DNA of 64,000 nt from Eledone cirrhosa (GCA_964016885.1 OZ024741.1:331266001-331330000), one strand, 5' to 3'. Shown: positions 1-13,505, counted from the stretch's first letter. Program-made: numbers and translations. The notes: generated by a model not told the origin, from the sequence alone.

Positions 1-348
1 GGAGGGACATGGCTTAGTGGTTAGAGCATTGGCCTTGCAATCGAAAGGTTGTGAGTTCAATTCTCAGCCCGGGTGATGTGTTGTTTTGTTGAGCAAGACA
101 CTTTATTTCACTTTGTTCCAGTTTACTCAGCTGTAGAAATGAGATAATAGGGACTGGGGTCCATATCATTCCACTGTAAAGTGGTCATGGAGGTGCCACG
201 GCAAAAAAGCACCCAGCACTCACTGTAAATGAGGTTGGTGTTAGGAAGGGCATCCAGCTGTAGAAATCAAGCCAAAATCAGTTCCCGTCCCACCCTTGCA
301 AGCAGGGAAAAAGCGGACGTAAAATGAAATGATGATGATGATGATGAT
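1..348 (+). mobile_element. tRNA-derived SINE (family A) with RTE-like 3' tail ending in (TGA)n
   Basis: A-box-like TGGCTTAGTGG and B-box-like GAGTTCAATTC head; tail cccttgcaagcagggaaaaagcggacgtaaaatga(tga)n; near-identical copies at 61348-61677 and 62451-62798. Confidence 0.85.
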
Positions 349-460
349 ATATGTATGCATGTATGTTAGCATGTATATATATTTATATCTAATACATATA
401 TATGTATATGTATATATGTGTATATGTATATATATGTATATATATATATAAATATATATC

Positions 461-1262
461 ATCATCATCATCATCATCAACGTTTAACGTCCGTGTTCCA
501 CGCTTGCATGGGTTTGGACGGGGGTAGTCCCACTTGAGGCAAGAGTGATTGTCTTGCTCGCATAGGACTGTCTGGCAGGTTTTCTACAGTTGGATGCCCT
601 TCCTAACACCAACCACATTTACAATGTGGGTCTGGGAGGTTTTTACCGTGTTGCCTACACGGCCACATTACAGCGTGGACTGTGTGTTTTTTTGTCGTGA
701 CACCTACACGATCTCATTTGTTTCGGCCTGGATGGCGCGGCACCAACATAACTTTACATAGAATGAGGTGGTGTGGATGGGGTGGTGGTGGTGGGACGGG
801 GTGTATTTTGTTACAGATGCCTACTGGCTGGAGTAGGTTTTACTATATATTTAGGTAAGGCGGGTCTTCTCTGTTACTGAGTACCGCCAAAGGTCTCGGT
901 CCAGTGACATTGTCTTGGAGAGGTGTAAGTGTGTGATGTCGGAGTTTATCAGCTCGTCCCAGGTTTTTCTAGGTCTGCCTATTCCGTGACTACCGTCTAT
1001 CTTTATTGCCCTGCACTTTGTTATACAGCTATCGACTTTCATGCGCATCACGTGTCCATACCAACGTAGCCTTCTCTCGAGTAAACAACATCTGATCCCT
1101 CTTATCTCTAATTTTTTCCTTAGTTCGTTTATGCTTTGCCGTTCACGTATATTACTGTTACACATCCAGCGGAGCATGCAAGCTTCGTTCCTCTCTAGTC
1201 TGCGTATATCCTCTGCACACAATGCCCAGGTCTCACTGCCATGCAACATTGCTGTTCGTATG

Positions 1263-1263
<1 letters not shown>
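461..1263 (-). mobile_element. 5'-truncated RTE LINE fragment (ORF C-terminus plus 3' UTR)
   Basis: Translation RTAMLHGSETWALCAEDIRRLERNE...WYGHVMR...GRPRKTW matches the 17.5 kb LINE; (TGA)n tail. Confidence 0.9.
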
Positions 1264-1302
<39 letters not shown>

Positions 1303-1305
<3 letters not shown>

Positions 1306-1755
1306 CATCATCATCATCATCATCATCATCGTTTAACGTCCATCTTCCACGCTTGCATGGGTTTGGACGGGAAATTTTCCCACTTGAGGCAAGATTGGTT
1401 GACTTGCTCGTATAGGACTGTCTGGCGGGTTTTCTACGGCTGGATGCCCTTCCTAACACCAACCACATTTACAGTGTGGACTGGGAGGTTTTTACCGTGT
1501 TACCTACACGGCCACATTACAGCGTGGACTGTGTGTTTTTTTTTTCGTGACACCTACACGACCTCATTTATTTCAGCCTGGATGTTGTGGTACCAACATA
1601 ACTTTACATCGAAAGGGGTGGTGTGGATGAGGTGGGGGTAGTGGAGCAGGGGTGTATTTTTGTTAGAGGTGCCTACTGACTGTAGGTTTCGCTTTGTACT
1701 TAGGCAAGGCGGGTCTTCTGTATTACTGTGTAGCGCCAAAGATCTCGGTCCAGTG
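1303..1755 (-). mobile_element. RTE LINE 3' UTR fragment
   Basis: Near-identical to 17139-17582. Confidence 0.9.
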
Positions 1756-1824
1756 AATAATGTATATATATATAAATATATCCATATATCTATATTGTAT
1801 ATATATATAGTTATTATATAGCAA

Positions 1825-2041
1825 TTATTTCATTTAGCAGTGGTTTCTTGATCAGAATGAAAAAATCAGAATGAAAAAATCCTGGTGTATTTATTGACAT
1901 TGGATTTTAAAAACAAAAATATAATCTATATGAAAGTGAGGCTGGAAAAGGAAGAAGAAAAGGAAAAATAAACACACATGCACACACACACACAATTACA
2001 TACACACACATATATACATACACATATATATACATACATAC

Positions 2042-2100
<59 letters not shown>

Positions 2101-2204
2101 TACACGTACAAACACACATACATATACATATACATACATAAACACATATATATCAACATATCCATACACACAAATATACAAACACACACACACACATGTA
2201 TATA

Positions 2205-2278
<74 letters not shown>

Positions 2279-2690
2279 CATACATATAATCATACATATA
2301 TACACACGTACATACACACACATACATACACACATATATACACGCATACATACGCATGCACAAATATAGATATATGTACACACACCTACATACGCACACA
2401 CACAAATAATTATAAGAAAAAATATAATAATAAAAATACCGTCACATAAGAATAAAAAATATTTTCCAGCCTCACTTTCATATAGATTATATTTTTGTTT
2501 TTAAAATCCAATGTCAATAAATACACCAGGATTTTTTCATTCTGATGATTGAAAGCAAAATTTGTTTGCTTTCAAGAAACCACTGGTAAATGAAATAAGT
2601 GCCTTATGTTGTTTATTACATAACTATTAAGCTCTGTAACCTACATAGCGCACTCTTTTTTCCTGGACCTTTCCGACGGAATTACTTCAC
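1825..2690. mobile_element. Penelope-like fold-back element: inverted arms 1825-1949 / 2462-2598 around microsatellite, plus unique tail
   Basis: Arms are reverse complements; the right arm contains a hammerhead fold; related to 41108-41407. Confidence 0.7.
2535..2595 (+). ncRNA. Type I hammerhead ribozyme (predicted)
   Basis: tttcatt-CTGATGA-ttgaaagcaaa[atttg]tttgctttcaa-GAAA-cc[act]g-GTA-aatgaaa: intact core, 11-bp stem II, 7-bp stem I. Confidence 0.8.
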
Positions 2691-2810
2691 ATATATATAT
2701 ATATATAAATATATACACACACACACACATATGTATACATATATATAAACACACACACTTATATATCTATATCTATATATACGTGCGTATATATATATAT
2801 ATACATACAT

Positions 2811-2858
<48 letters not shown>

Positions 2859-2944
2859 ACATATAAATAAATATATATATATATATATAAAAATAGAGTG
2901 CTCAACTGGCATACTGCCTATGGAAGCACCATAGCTACCATTAA

Positions 2945-2983
<39 letters not shown>

Positions 2984-3565
2984 CACACACACTTACACAC
3001 ACAGACACACACACACACACACTTATATATAATATATTACATCTATATGTAAATATAAATGTACTCCCCACCCTGACTAATGTCAATCCCTAAGGGTCAG
3101 TTAACTTTGCTTTATCTTTCAACATTTTTTCTAGAAGGTTGTTTTGCTTCTGTTTCATTATTATTTTATTAAAGTTTATTGAAGCATGAGGCATTGTTTA
3201 ATAAATATTCTATATTGATGTTCTGTCTTCAGTAAAAATGGAATGAAATTACATTAAAAATTCACAAATATACATTATTATTGGAACTGTTAATTTGTGA
3301 TGTTGTTTTGAAGTTAAGTACAAACTGTTCCCTAAAGTTTGCAAGGAATGAAATCAGCACCACCTTTGTTGTTGTTGCCTCTGTTATTGTCATTAGTGGC
3401 GGCAATATTACCGTCTTCATCATCATCATTATCATTATCGTTGTTGTTGTTGTTGTCACTGTTATCATCATCATTAGTGGCAGCAATATTACCATCTTTA
3501 TCATCATCATCATCATCATCATAGTTGTTGTTGTGTTGCTACTGTCATCATAATCATCAATGGTG

Positions 3566-3735
3566 GTAGAGGGTCGGACGCCATGCTTTGCAGCATAGAC
3601 TTACAGCTCTTTACGGTCTGCGTTCAAATCCCGCCGAGGTTAACTTTGCCTTTCATCCTTACGGGGTCGATGAAATAAAGTACCAGTAATGCACTGGGTA
3701 ATTGCTGGCCTTGTGCCAAAAGTAGAAGCAATTAT
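3566..3735 (+). mobile_element. Short SINE (family B)
   Basis: gttcaaatcccgccgaggttaactttgcctttcatccttacggggtcgat...gtaccag...ggccttgtgccaaaagtagaa; more than 15 copies in the window. Confidence 0.8.
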
Positions 3736-3765
3736 TCATCATATTCATCATCATCATCATATATA

Positions 3766-4429
3766 CGCGAACGGCAAAGCATAAATGAACTAAGTGAGAA
3801 ATTAAGAATAAGAGGGATCAGATGTTGTTTACTCGAGAGAAGACTACGTTGGTATGGTCACGTGATGCGCATGAAAGACGATAGCTGTATAACAAAGTGC
3901 AGGGCGATAAAAATAGACGGTAGCCACGGAGTAGGCAGACCCAGAAAAACCTGGGACGACTTGATAAATTCCGACCTCACACACTTACACCTCTCCAAGA
4001 CAATGTCACTGGACCGAGACCTTTGGCGCTACACAGTAATAGAGAAGACCTGCCTTACCTAAGTTCAAAGTGAAACCTACAGTCAGTAGGCACCTCTTAA
4101 CCAAAATACACCCCGTCCCACTACCCCTACCCCCACCCCATCTACACCATTCCTTTCAATGTAAAGTTATGTTGGTACCACAACTTCCAGTCCTAAATAA
4201 ATGAGGTCGTGTAGGTGTCATGACAAAAAAACACACAGTCCACGCTGTAATGTGGCCGTGTAGGAGATACGGTAAAAACCTCCCAGTCCACACTGTAAAT
4301 GTGGTTGGTGTTAGGAAGGGCATCCAGCCGTAGAAAACCCGCCAGACAGTCCTATACGAGCAAGACAACCAATCTTGCCTCAAGTGGGACAATTCCCGTC
4401 TATGCTAGCGTGGAAGATAGACGTTAAAC

Positions 4430-4460
<31 letters not shown>
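3766..4460 (+). mobile_element. RTE LINE 3' fragment
   Basis: MRMKDDSCITKCRAIKIDGSHGVGRPRKTWDD; same 3' UTR and (TGA)n tail. Confidence 0.9.
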
Positions 4461-4462
<2 letters not shown>

Positions 4463-4593
4463 CACCACCACCATCATTGTTGTTGTTGTTGTTGCTGTCA
4501 TCATCATCAGTGGCATTATTCATGGTTTCCGGCTGTCTCACATCATCATCTACCTCTCTGATGGTGGTGAAGATGGTGATAGTGATGATGATG

Positions 4594-4775
4594 GTAATTG
4601 TTTCTACTTTAGGCACAAGGCCAGCAATTTCCAGTACATTACTGGTACTTTATTTTATCGACCCCGTAAGGATGAAAGGCAAAGTTAACCTCGGCGGGAT
4701 TTGAACTCAGACTGTAAAGGGACGTAACTATGCTAGAAAGCATGGCGTCCAACCCTCTACCGATACTGCCACTTC
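4594..4775 (-). mobile_element. SINE family B
   Basis: Reverse complement of the family B consensus. Confidence 0.8.
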
Positions 4776-5464
4776 ACTAATGATGGTAATTGTTTCTACT
4801 TTTGGCACAAATTACCCCAGTATATTACTGGTGCTGGGGTAATTGCTGGCATGAGGCCAAAAGTATAAACAATTATTACCATCATTACCATCATCATCAC
4901 TATTATCATCACCACCACCATCATCATCATCATCACCATCAAAGAGGCTGATGAGGATAAGAGACATCCAGAAACCATGCCTACCATTATTTATTATTAT
5001 ATTTTGTGATAAAACAGCCTCTGTCAGTCACAGGTATTAGTCATGCACTTCTTCACTAGTAATGAGTTCCTTTTCTGCCTTCTCCTCTTCTCCTTTGTTC
5101 AGTATTGTTAGGAATTGGCCATGTAGGGGCTTTTTCTGTTATTGTCTTAAAAGATTGTGTTCAGTCTTTTTAAGTATTGGCCATGTAGGTGCCATCTTAT
5201 GTCTATTTTCCATACTAGCATGGGTTAGATGGGTTGTTAGATTCTGAGAAGAGTCAGGTCAGATGACAGTATTTCTTTCATACTTTCATTTTTGGCCAGG
5301 TATCAATGCCTGGATGCCCTTCCAAATGCCAACCACTTTACAGCTGTACTGGGTGTTTTATTGTGGCACAACTACTATTACCTGACAGTATTGGCTCTGT
5401 GTTTTTTTTATTGTGGGACACACACACAATATACAGTAGTATAGTTAATATGAATCATTGTGTG

Positions 5465-5806
5465 ATATGTAATAAATGACTGATAAGTTCCAGAAAGCTG
5501 GTACAGTATGGTAGAAATATATAAAGATCAAATGATGACAAATAAAACAAAACAAAGTAATGTTTTACCCAGTATATTTCAACATGATATTTCAGTGCTA
5601 ATACCCTCTTTTCAAACGTGAAACAAAACGTTCAAAACAAAAATGAACAATCGATTGAAAAAAAGGGTAATAGCCCTGAAATATCATGTTGAAATATATT
5701 GGTTAATACATTACTTTGTCTTGTTTTATTTGTCATCCTTTACCATTTATATCTTTCTACCACATTGTACCAGCTTTCTGAAATTTATCAGTCATTTATT
5801 ACATAT
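5465..5806. repeat. Diverged fold-back element (arms ~5465-5615 / 5655-5806)
   Basis: Imperfect reverse-complement arms of ~150 bp with a degenerate hammerhead-like motif. Confidence 0.65.
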
Positions 5807-6189
5807 ATATAGATACATATTGTAGTCTAACAGTAAATTTTTTAAACAATAATCCTCCAGTTACATACAGAAGACTTCTTTTTATCTCCCTGTAAATATA
5901 AACATTCCCTTGTTGGCTTTTGAGTGGTGTATTTTAATTTTAGTCACATTTCTTTCCTTATTGTTTTCTTATCTATGTCTTTTCTTATCTTATTCTACTC
6001 AGCCTCTAGTTGAGAATATTATCACTTCAACTAATTACTGCAACAACTATAGTATTAATGCCTGTTACATTATTCTTTAGTTGCTTGTAACTCTGTTTTT
6101 AAATATTTATGTAATGTATGTATAATTGTATGAGGGTCGGCTGAACAATTCATAAGCTGACTACACACACACACACATATACATATATA

Positions 6190-6234
<45 letters not shown>

Positions 6235-6274
6235 GCACACACACACATTTATATACACATACACACATATATGT

Positions 6275-6626
6275 ATGAGGGTCGACAGATAAGTTTATAG
6301 GCTGACTATGAAGGAGTGATGCTAGAGCTGTGAAATCTTGCATACATTAATTTCAACTCTTCTTATTAATAACTGCAGTATTTCTTTTTCCAAGGACTAT
6401 ATTGAAAAATAAACCTCATTTGGTCATTCCATGAGAGTATCTTGCTCAGCCTACAAACTTTTCAGCCAGCCCTCGCATGTATGTATGTACGAAGGAGGGC
6501 TGAAAAGTTCATAGGCTGACTGTGATGGAGAGATGCTAGAGCTATGAAAGGTCGAAAGATAAACCTCATTTGGTCATTCCATGAGAGTATCTTGGTCAGC
6601 CTATGAATTTTTCAGGTGGCCCTCAT
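6275..6626. mobile_element. Two adjacent mariner-like MITEs (~200 bp and an internally deleted copy)
   Basis: TIRs of the type cgagggtcggctgaaaagttcataggctgac / gtcagcctatgaacttttcagccgaccctcg flanked by TA; a partial TIR at ~6130-6162. Confidence 0.75.
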
Positions 6627-7179
6627 ATATTACTTTTTACCTAACCTCTTCCTTCTTGTTTAGCTCTACGCTATCTCATTAATTCTCAATTATCTGCAAG
6701 TCTCCCTTTGATCTCATTCTCTCTTCTTTATCTAACATGGTATTTTCTTTATCTAACATGATACTGTTGCTAGTGTGTTTTTTCTCTTTTACTAATTTTC
6801 TTATCATCAAGTTTGTCGGGGTGCATTTACCCCTACCAAAACCAAATGTTATGTCAATTCTTTTTGTTCTTATTTTCCGAAAATGGAATGAGCCAGGAGG
6901 TGAGTTGGAGGAGAATTTACTGCTAATTCTAGCAACCATGTATTGTAGGGAAACACTACACCTCTCACTCAATCCACTTCCCCCTCTCTCCAATTAAAAC
7001 TTTTCTAGGTGTTTTCATATATATATATATGTCCCTCTCCATGTCTCTATCTCTCTCACTAAAAAGAAGTGAGAGAGAGAGAGGAGAAAAGAGAGACATA
7101 TATATATATTTCCCACGGGTACAAGCCAAAGCTGAAGCATATAGACAATATGCCCCCACCCCCTCCCACTGCAAACTGG

Positions 7180-7475
7180 TCGTGGAGGTGTCACAACAAA
7201 AAAGCACCCAGCCCACACTGTAAAGTGGACGTGTAGGTGCCACGGGAAAAAAGCACCCAGCACTCACTGTAACGTGGCCGTGTAGGCGCCACGGTAAAAA
7301 AAGCACCCAGTATTCACTGGTTGGTGCTAGGAAGGGCATCCAGCTGTAGAAAGCAAGCCAAAATCAGTTCCCGTATGAGTAAAACAAGGTCATTCGACCT
7401 GGCATTGCTCACAACAGGACAACCCGTCTAACCCATGCTAGAGTGGAAGAATGGACGTAAAACGGTGATGATGAT
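7180..7475 (+). mobile_element. RTE-type 3' tail fragment with internal tandem duplications
   Basis: ggtgctaggaagggcatccagctgtagaaa...acccatgctagagtggaagaatggacgtaaaacg(tga)n. Confidence 0.7.
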
Positions 7476-8101
7476 GTCTCTCTTTTCTCACACGTATATA
7501 TATCTATAATATTTATAAAAAGAAAGTTGGTTTGCACATAGTCTGATAATGACACTAAATAAAATTGGTAATAATTAAGGTTTTTTATGTTTTTTCAGTT
7601 AATATGACCTTCGAAATTCTCACAATTGACTTTTTCTTTGAAAACAGAATGGAACAATCCTAAAATTTTCCCAGCCTCAGAAATTTCTTCTGTGGCAATT
7701 TTTTCTTTTCTATATTTTTGCATTTGTGTTCGAACAATCTGACATCTGACTCACTCACCAATGATTGAAAATGGAGGTGAGAAGAGAGGGGGACCCTTCA
7801 GGTTACAAATAAGCACTTCTCAGCCATTTAAAAGCACCTGCTGGTGATCGCGAAGAAATTTTTTCTCCTAGGTTTTTCATATGTTTTCAACTAATCTGAC
7901 CTTCGACATGCTTGCAATCGCCTTCTTTTCCGAAAATGGCATGGGGGTGGGACAAGGGGGGAACCCTCTCATTTTAACAGCTTCAGAGATTTCTTCAGAG
8001 CGAGTAACAGAAGTGGGAAGGGAAGGGCACCCTCGGAGATACAGATAAGCACCTCTCAGCCAATCAAATTTATAAATACTGAAAGAAGTGTTGATCCTTC
8101 A

Positions 8102-8288
8102 TGGATTGGCAGTATCGGTAGAGGGTCGAACGCCATGCTTTGAAGCATAGAGTTACCTCCCTTTATGATCTGAGTTCAAATCCCGCCAAGGTTAACTTTG
8201 CCTTTCAACCTTACGGGGTCGATAAAATAAAGTACCAGTAATGCACTGGGTAATTGCTGGCCTTGTGCCAAAAGTAGAAACAATTATT
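8102..8288 (+). mobile_element. SINE family B
   Basis: Matches the family B consensus. Confidence 0.8.
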
Positions 8289-8309
8289 TTGTACTGATGT
8301 GGAAAAAAT

Positions 8310-8524
8310 TGTAAGCTTAATTAATTAAGTGTTCCCCAATTTCCAAATCCATCATTCTAATGAGGAGTGGCTGTGTGAAAGAACAATTTTTGCCCTCCAA
8401 AACATCACAGTGAGTGCCATCAACAAATCTCTCACAAATGATTCCTGGAGGTAGCCAGACCAATAAATCTATCGACAATGTTGTTGACGAGGACAAAGCT
8501 GTTCATTATCCCGTTTAATTTCTC
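8310..8524 (+). pseudogene. Helitron RepHel (Pif1-type helicase) fragment, decayed
   Basis: Translates as VFPNFQIHHSNEEWLCERTIFALQNITVSAINKSL/MIPGGSQTNKSIDNVVDEDKAVHYPV*FL, resembling the Helitron helicase segment WLCERAILAPKN...SIDTV.DED.AV.YPVEFL. Confidence 0.75.
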
Positions 8525-9764
8525 ATTGTATCTTCTGATAAAGGACTAATGTCTGAAACGTTAAGACTCTTTTCCTACTATATCAAGTGTAAAACTAATA
8601 ATATATTTCTATAACCCATGCTAGCATGGAAGAATGGATGTAAAAAGGTGATGATGATGATGATGATGATGTTTGCCTTTTGCTATACACACACACACAC
8701 ACATACACACGTGTGTGTGTAATAGTAGTTCCACTTGTTGTTGTTGTCGTCATCGTTGCTGTTGTTGTTTTCATTGTCTTTGCTTATATTTTTGTCATAT
8801 CACCAGTCTGAGGAACAGATCGATACTGGAGTTGGTTCAAGGCCACCTTGAACCAATCCTCTGCGAAACGCGCGTAACAGGTTGATACACAATAAATATT
8901 TTTCATATGGAAACGAAACTTCCTCAGTTTTTCTATTATATACACTCTGCCTGTGCATAGAGTGCTTGATTTGGTACCAACATAGTACTTCACCATACTA
9001 CCTACACACACATATATATATATGAATATATTATATATAGGAATAGATATATATATATTTATGAATATATTATATATATATCTATATTCACAATGTCACT
9101 TGGGCAAATTAATAATTATCTTATCTTATTTGATCTAAGAATTAATATAACATTGAAAAGATAGCAACAGACTCTGTTGCTTGTGGAAGAAAGAGCAATT
9201 TATCTATATTACTCATACTTCATCAATACATCAATAATTTTGTTGATTAAGATTTTATAATAATTTTCATCATAATTTCAATAATTATTTTGTTTTAATG
9301 ATAATGATCAATAGTGGTTTTAATAATATGAAATTTGAGGTAAAATGACTGTAATATCTAGTCTGTATCTTGGCCATTAGTTCTCTATCTAAAGCACATG
9401 ACCAAGAGTGTAAACTGTTGTTCATATTTGCATCAAATTACTCCAGGGACATCTCTTTACCTGGTCATGACCATCATCATCATCATCACCATCAACACCA
9501 CCATTACCTTCATTATCATCATTATCCCCATCATCGTCATGATGAAGATGATCACGATGATGATGATGATTGCCCCCCCCCCCACCACTACTACCACCAT
9601 CACCACCACCACCAACATCATCATCATCATCATCATAATCAACACATTAACTCTTTAACCAATATCAACTAATCACAACCTCTATATAGTGAAACGCTTA
9701 AATATATTAATACACACTCTTATGATTTCAAATATTGAATCTTTGATTTGAGTTACAAATAATA

Positions 9765-10176
9765 ATAATTGTTTCTACTTTTGGCACAAGGCCAGCAATT
9801 GCCCAGTGTATTACTGGTACTTTATTTTATCGCCCCCGTAAGGATGAAAGGCAAAGTTAACCTCGGCGGGATTTGAACTCAGATTATAAAGAGAGGTAAC
9901 TCTATGCTTCAAAACATGGCATCCGACCCTTACCGATACTGCCAATCCACCACCCTCAAATAATAATAGTTGTTTCTACTTTTGGCACAAGGTCAGAAAT
10001 TACCCAGTGTATTACTGGTACTTTATTTTATCGACCCCGTAAGGATGAAAGGCAAAGTCAACCTCGACAGGATTTGAACTCAGAACGTAAATGAGACATA
10101 ACTATATGCTGCAATGCATGTTGTCCGACACTCTACCAATACTGCAAATCCTACCACCACCACAACCACCACCACC

Positions 10177-10237
<61 letters not shown>

Positions 10238-10655
10238 ATAATAATAATAATAATAATTGTTTCTACTTTTGGCACAAGGCCAGCAAATACCCAGTACATT
10301 ACTGGTACTTTATTTTATCGACCCCGTAAGGATGAAAGGCAAAGTTAACCTCGGCAGGATTTAAACTCAGACCGTAAAGGGACGTAACTATGCTGGAAAG
10401 CATGGCATCCAACCCTCTACCGATACTGCCAATTCATAATAATAATAATAATAATGGTTTCTTATATAGGCACAAGGCCAGCAATTTTGGGGGAGGGGAA
10501 AGTTGATTAAATCAGCTCCAGTGCATGACTGGTACTTAATTATATCGACCCCAGGCAAAGTTAACCTTGGCGGGATTTGAACTCAGATCATAAAGGGCCG
10601 CAACTCTATACTGCAAAGCATGGTGTGAGATGCTCTACCGACACTGCCAATCCAA
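9765..10655 (-). mobile_element. Four stacked SINE family B copies separated by (AAT)n/(ACT)n
   Basis: Copies at ~9765-9950, 9966-10150, 10250-10435 and 10450-10655. Confidence 0.8.
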
Positions 10656-10686
10656 TAATATTTGGTGGTGATGGAAGAGACAAAGA

Positions 10687-12556
10687 TAGGACAAAGTAAC
10701 TATACTCTGGGATATACCAACACAGAGACAGGACATATGCCAACACACAAACACAGATAAAGTAACTATACTCTAGCATATGCCAACACAGAGACAGGAC
10801 AAAGTAACTATACTCTGGGATATACCAACACAGAGACAGGACATATGCCAACACACAAACACAGATAAAGTAACTATACTCTAGCATATGCCAACACAGA
10901 GACAGGACAAAGTAACTATACTCTGGGATATACCAACACAGAGACAGGACATATGCCAACACACAAACACAGATAAAGTAACTATACTCTAGCATATGCC
11001 AACACAGAGACAGGACAAAGTAACTATACTCTGGGATATACCAACACAGAGACAGGACATATGCCAACACACAAACACAGATAAAGTAACTATACTCTAG
11101 CATATGCCAACACAGAGACAGAACAAAGTAACTATACTCTGGGATATACCAACACAGAGATAGGACATATGCCAACACACAAACACAGATAAAGTAACTA
11201 TACTCTAGCATATGCCAACACAGAGACAGGACAAAGTAACTATACTCTGGGATATACCAACACAGAGACAGGACATATGCCAACACACAAACACAGATAA
11301 AGTAACTATACTCTAGCATATGCCAACACAGAGACAGGACAAAGTAACTATACTCTGGGATATACCAACACAGAGACAGGACATATGCCAACACACAAAC
11401 ACAGATAAAGTAACTATACTCTAGCATATGCCAACACAGAGACAGGACAAAGTAACTATACTCTGGGATATACCAACACAGAGACAGGACATATGCCAAC
11501 ACACAAACACAGATAAAGTAACTATACTCTAGCATATGCCAACACAGAGACAGGACAAAGTAACTATACTCTGGGATATACCAACACAGAGACAGGACAT
11601 ATGCCAACACACAAACACAGATAAAGTAACTATACTCTAGCATATGCCAACACAGAGACAGGACAAAGTAACTATACTCTGGGATATACCAACACAGAGA
11701 CAGGACATATGCCAACACACAAACACAGATAAAGTAACTATACTGTAGCATATGCCAACACAGAGACAGAACAAAGTAACTATACTCTGGGATATACCAA
11801 CACAGAGACAGGACATATGCCAACACACAAACACAGATAAAGTAACTATACTCTAGCATATGCCAACACAGAGACAGGACAAAGTAACTATACTCTGGGA
11901 TATACCAACACAGAGACAGGACATATGCCAACACACAAACACAGATAAAGTAACTATACTCTAGCATATGCCAACACAGAGACAGGACAAAGTAACTATA
12001 CTCTGGGATATACCAACACAGAGACAGGACATATGCCAACACACAAACACAGATAAAGTAACTATACTCTAACATATGCCAACACAGAGACAGGACAAAG
12101 TAACTATACTCTGGGATATATCAACACAGAGACAGGACATATGCCAACACACAAACACAGATAAAGTAACTATACTCTAGCATATGCCAACACAGAGACA
12201 GGACAAAGTAACTATACTCTGGGATATACCAACACAGAGACAGGACATATGCCAACACACAAACACAGATAAAGTAACTATACTCTAGCATATGCCAACA
12301 CAGAGACAGAACAAAGTAACTATACTCTGGGATATACCAACACAGAGACAGGACATATGCCAACACACAAACACAGATAAAGTAACTATACTCTAACATA
12401 TGCCAACACAGAGACAGGACAAAGTAACTATACTCTGGGATATACCAACACAGAGACAGGACATATGCCAACACACAAACACAGATAAAGTAACTATACT
12501 CTAGCATATGCCAACACAGAGACAAGACAAAGTAACTATACTCTGGGATATACCAA
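10687..12556. repeat. 108-bp tandem satellite, ~17 near-identical copies
   Basis: acaaagtaac recurs at 10691, 10799 and onward; the minus-strand ORF has a 36-aa period. Confidence 0.95.
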
Positions 12557-12784
12557 TTAAACATAAAAAAACAACAGACATATTAATCATGTGAGCTTAA
12601 CCACAGCTAGTCTGAGGCTACAGACTGGCAGAGTCTTTAAAATGTCAGATAGAATGATTTGTAGTATTTTTTCTGACTCTTTGGACTTTCTGAGTTTAAA
12701 TCTGGTTCTGGTTGAACTTGAAAAAAAAAATACCAGTTCAGTACTTGGGTCGATTCTTCCTCTATATCTCTTTCTTACTTCCCT

Positions 12785-13195
12785 TCTCTCTCTCTCTCTC
12801 TCTCTTGTTTCCTCTCTCTCTCTCTTGTTTCCTCTCTCTCTCTCTTGTTTCCTCTCTCTCTCTTGTTTCCTCTCTCTCCCTTGTTTCCTCTCTCTCTCTC
12901 TCTTGTTCCCCCCTCTCTCTTGTTTCCTCTCTCTCTCTTGTTTCCTCCCTCTCTCTCTTGTTTCCTCTCTCTTTCTTGTTTCCTCTCTCTCTCTTGTTTC
13001 CTCCCTCTCTCTCTTGTTTCCTCTCTCTTTCTTGTTTCCTCTCTCTCTCTTGTTTCCTCTCTCTCTCTCTTGTTTCCTCTCTCTCTCTCTAGTTTCCTCT
13101 CTCTCTTGTTCCCCTCCCCTCTCTCTTGTTTCCTCTCTCTCTCTCGCTCTCTCTCTTGTTCCCCGCCCCTCTCTCTTGTTTCCTCTCTCTCTCCT
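12785..13195. repeat. CT-rich minisatellite (ctctctctcttgtttc)n
   Basis: Direct inspection. Confidence 0.9.
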
Positions 13196-13302
13196 TCTTC
13201 AGTGCTGGAGAGGACTGGGTCTCCACCAGGTTTAATATGTGCCTAAGACAGGTTATATGCCATGATGGAACCCATACGACTCGATCAGGAGTCATGAGTC
13301 CA

Positions 13303-13505
13303 TACGAGGGTCAGCTGGAAAGTTCATAGGCTGATGAAGATACTCTCATGGAATGACCAAATGAGGTTTATTTTTTCAACATAGTCCCTGGAAAGAAACA
13401 ACGCATTTATTAATAAGAAGAGTTGAAATTAATGCATGCAAGATTTCATAGCTCTAGCATTACACCTTAATAGTGAGCCTATGAACCTTTCAGCCTATCA
13501 TCGTA
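13303..13505. mobile_element. Mariner-like MITE
   Basis: Same family as 6275-6476, opposite orientation; TA flanks. Confidence 0.75.

Noticed and set aside
1-75. tRNA gene
   Set aside because: It is a SINE head that continues into SINE body and tail in multiple copies.
6679-6993. 104-aa ORF in unique sequence
   Set aside because: No recognisable domain or splice context.
9150-9200. TTGAAAA followed by an agcaacag/ctgttgct hairpin
   Set aside because: No correctly placed GAAA, stem III or stem I.
10606-12564. 489-aa and 147-aa ORFs
   Set aside because: By-product of a 108-bp satellite (multiple of 3) lacking stops in one frame.
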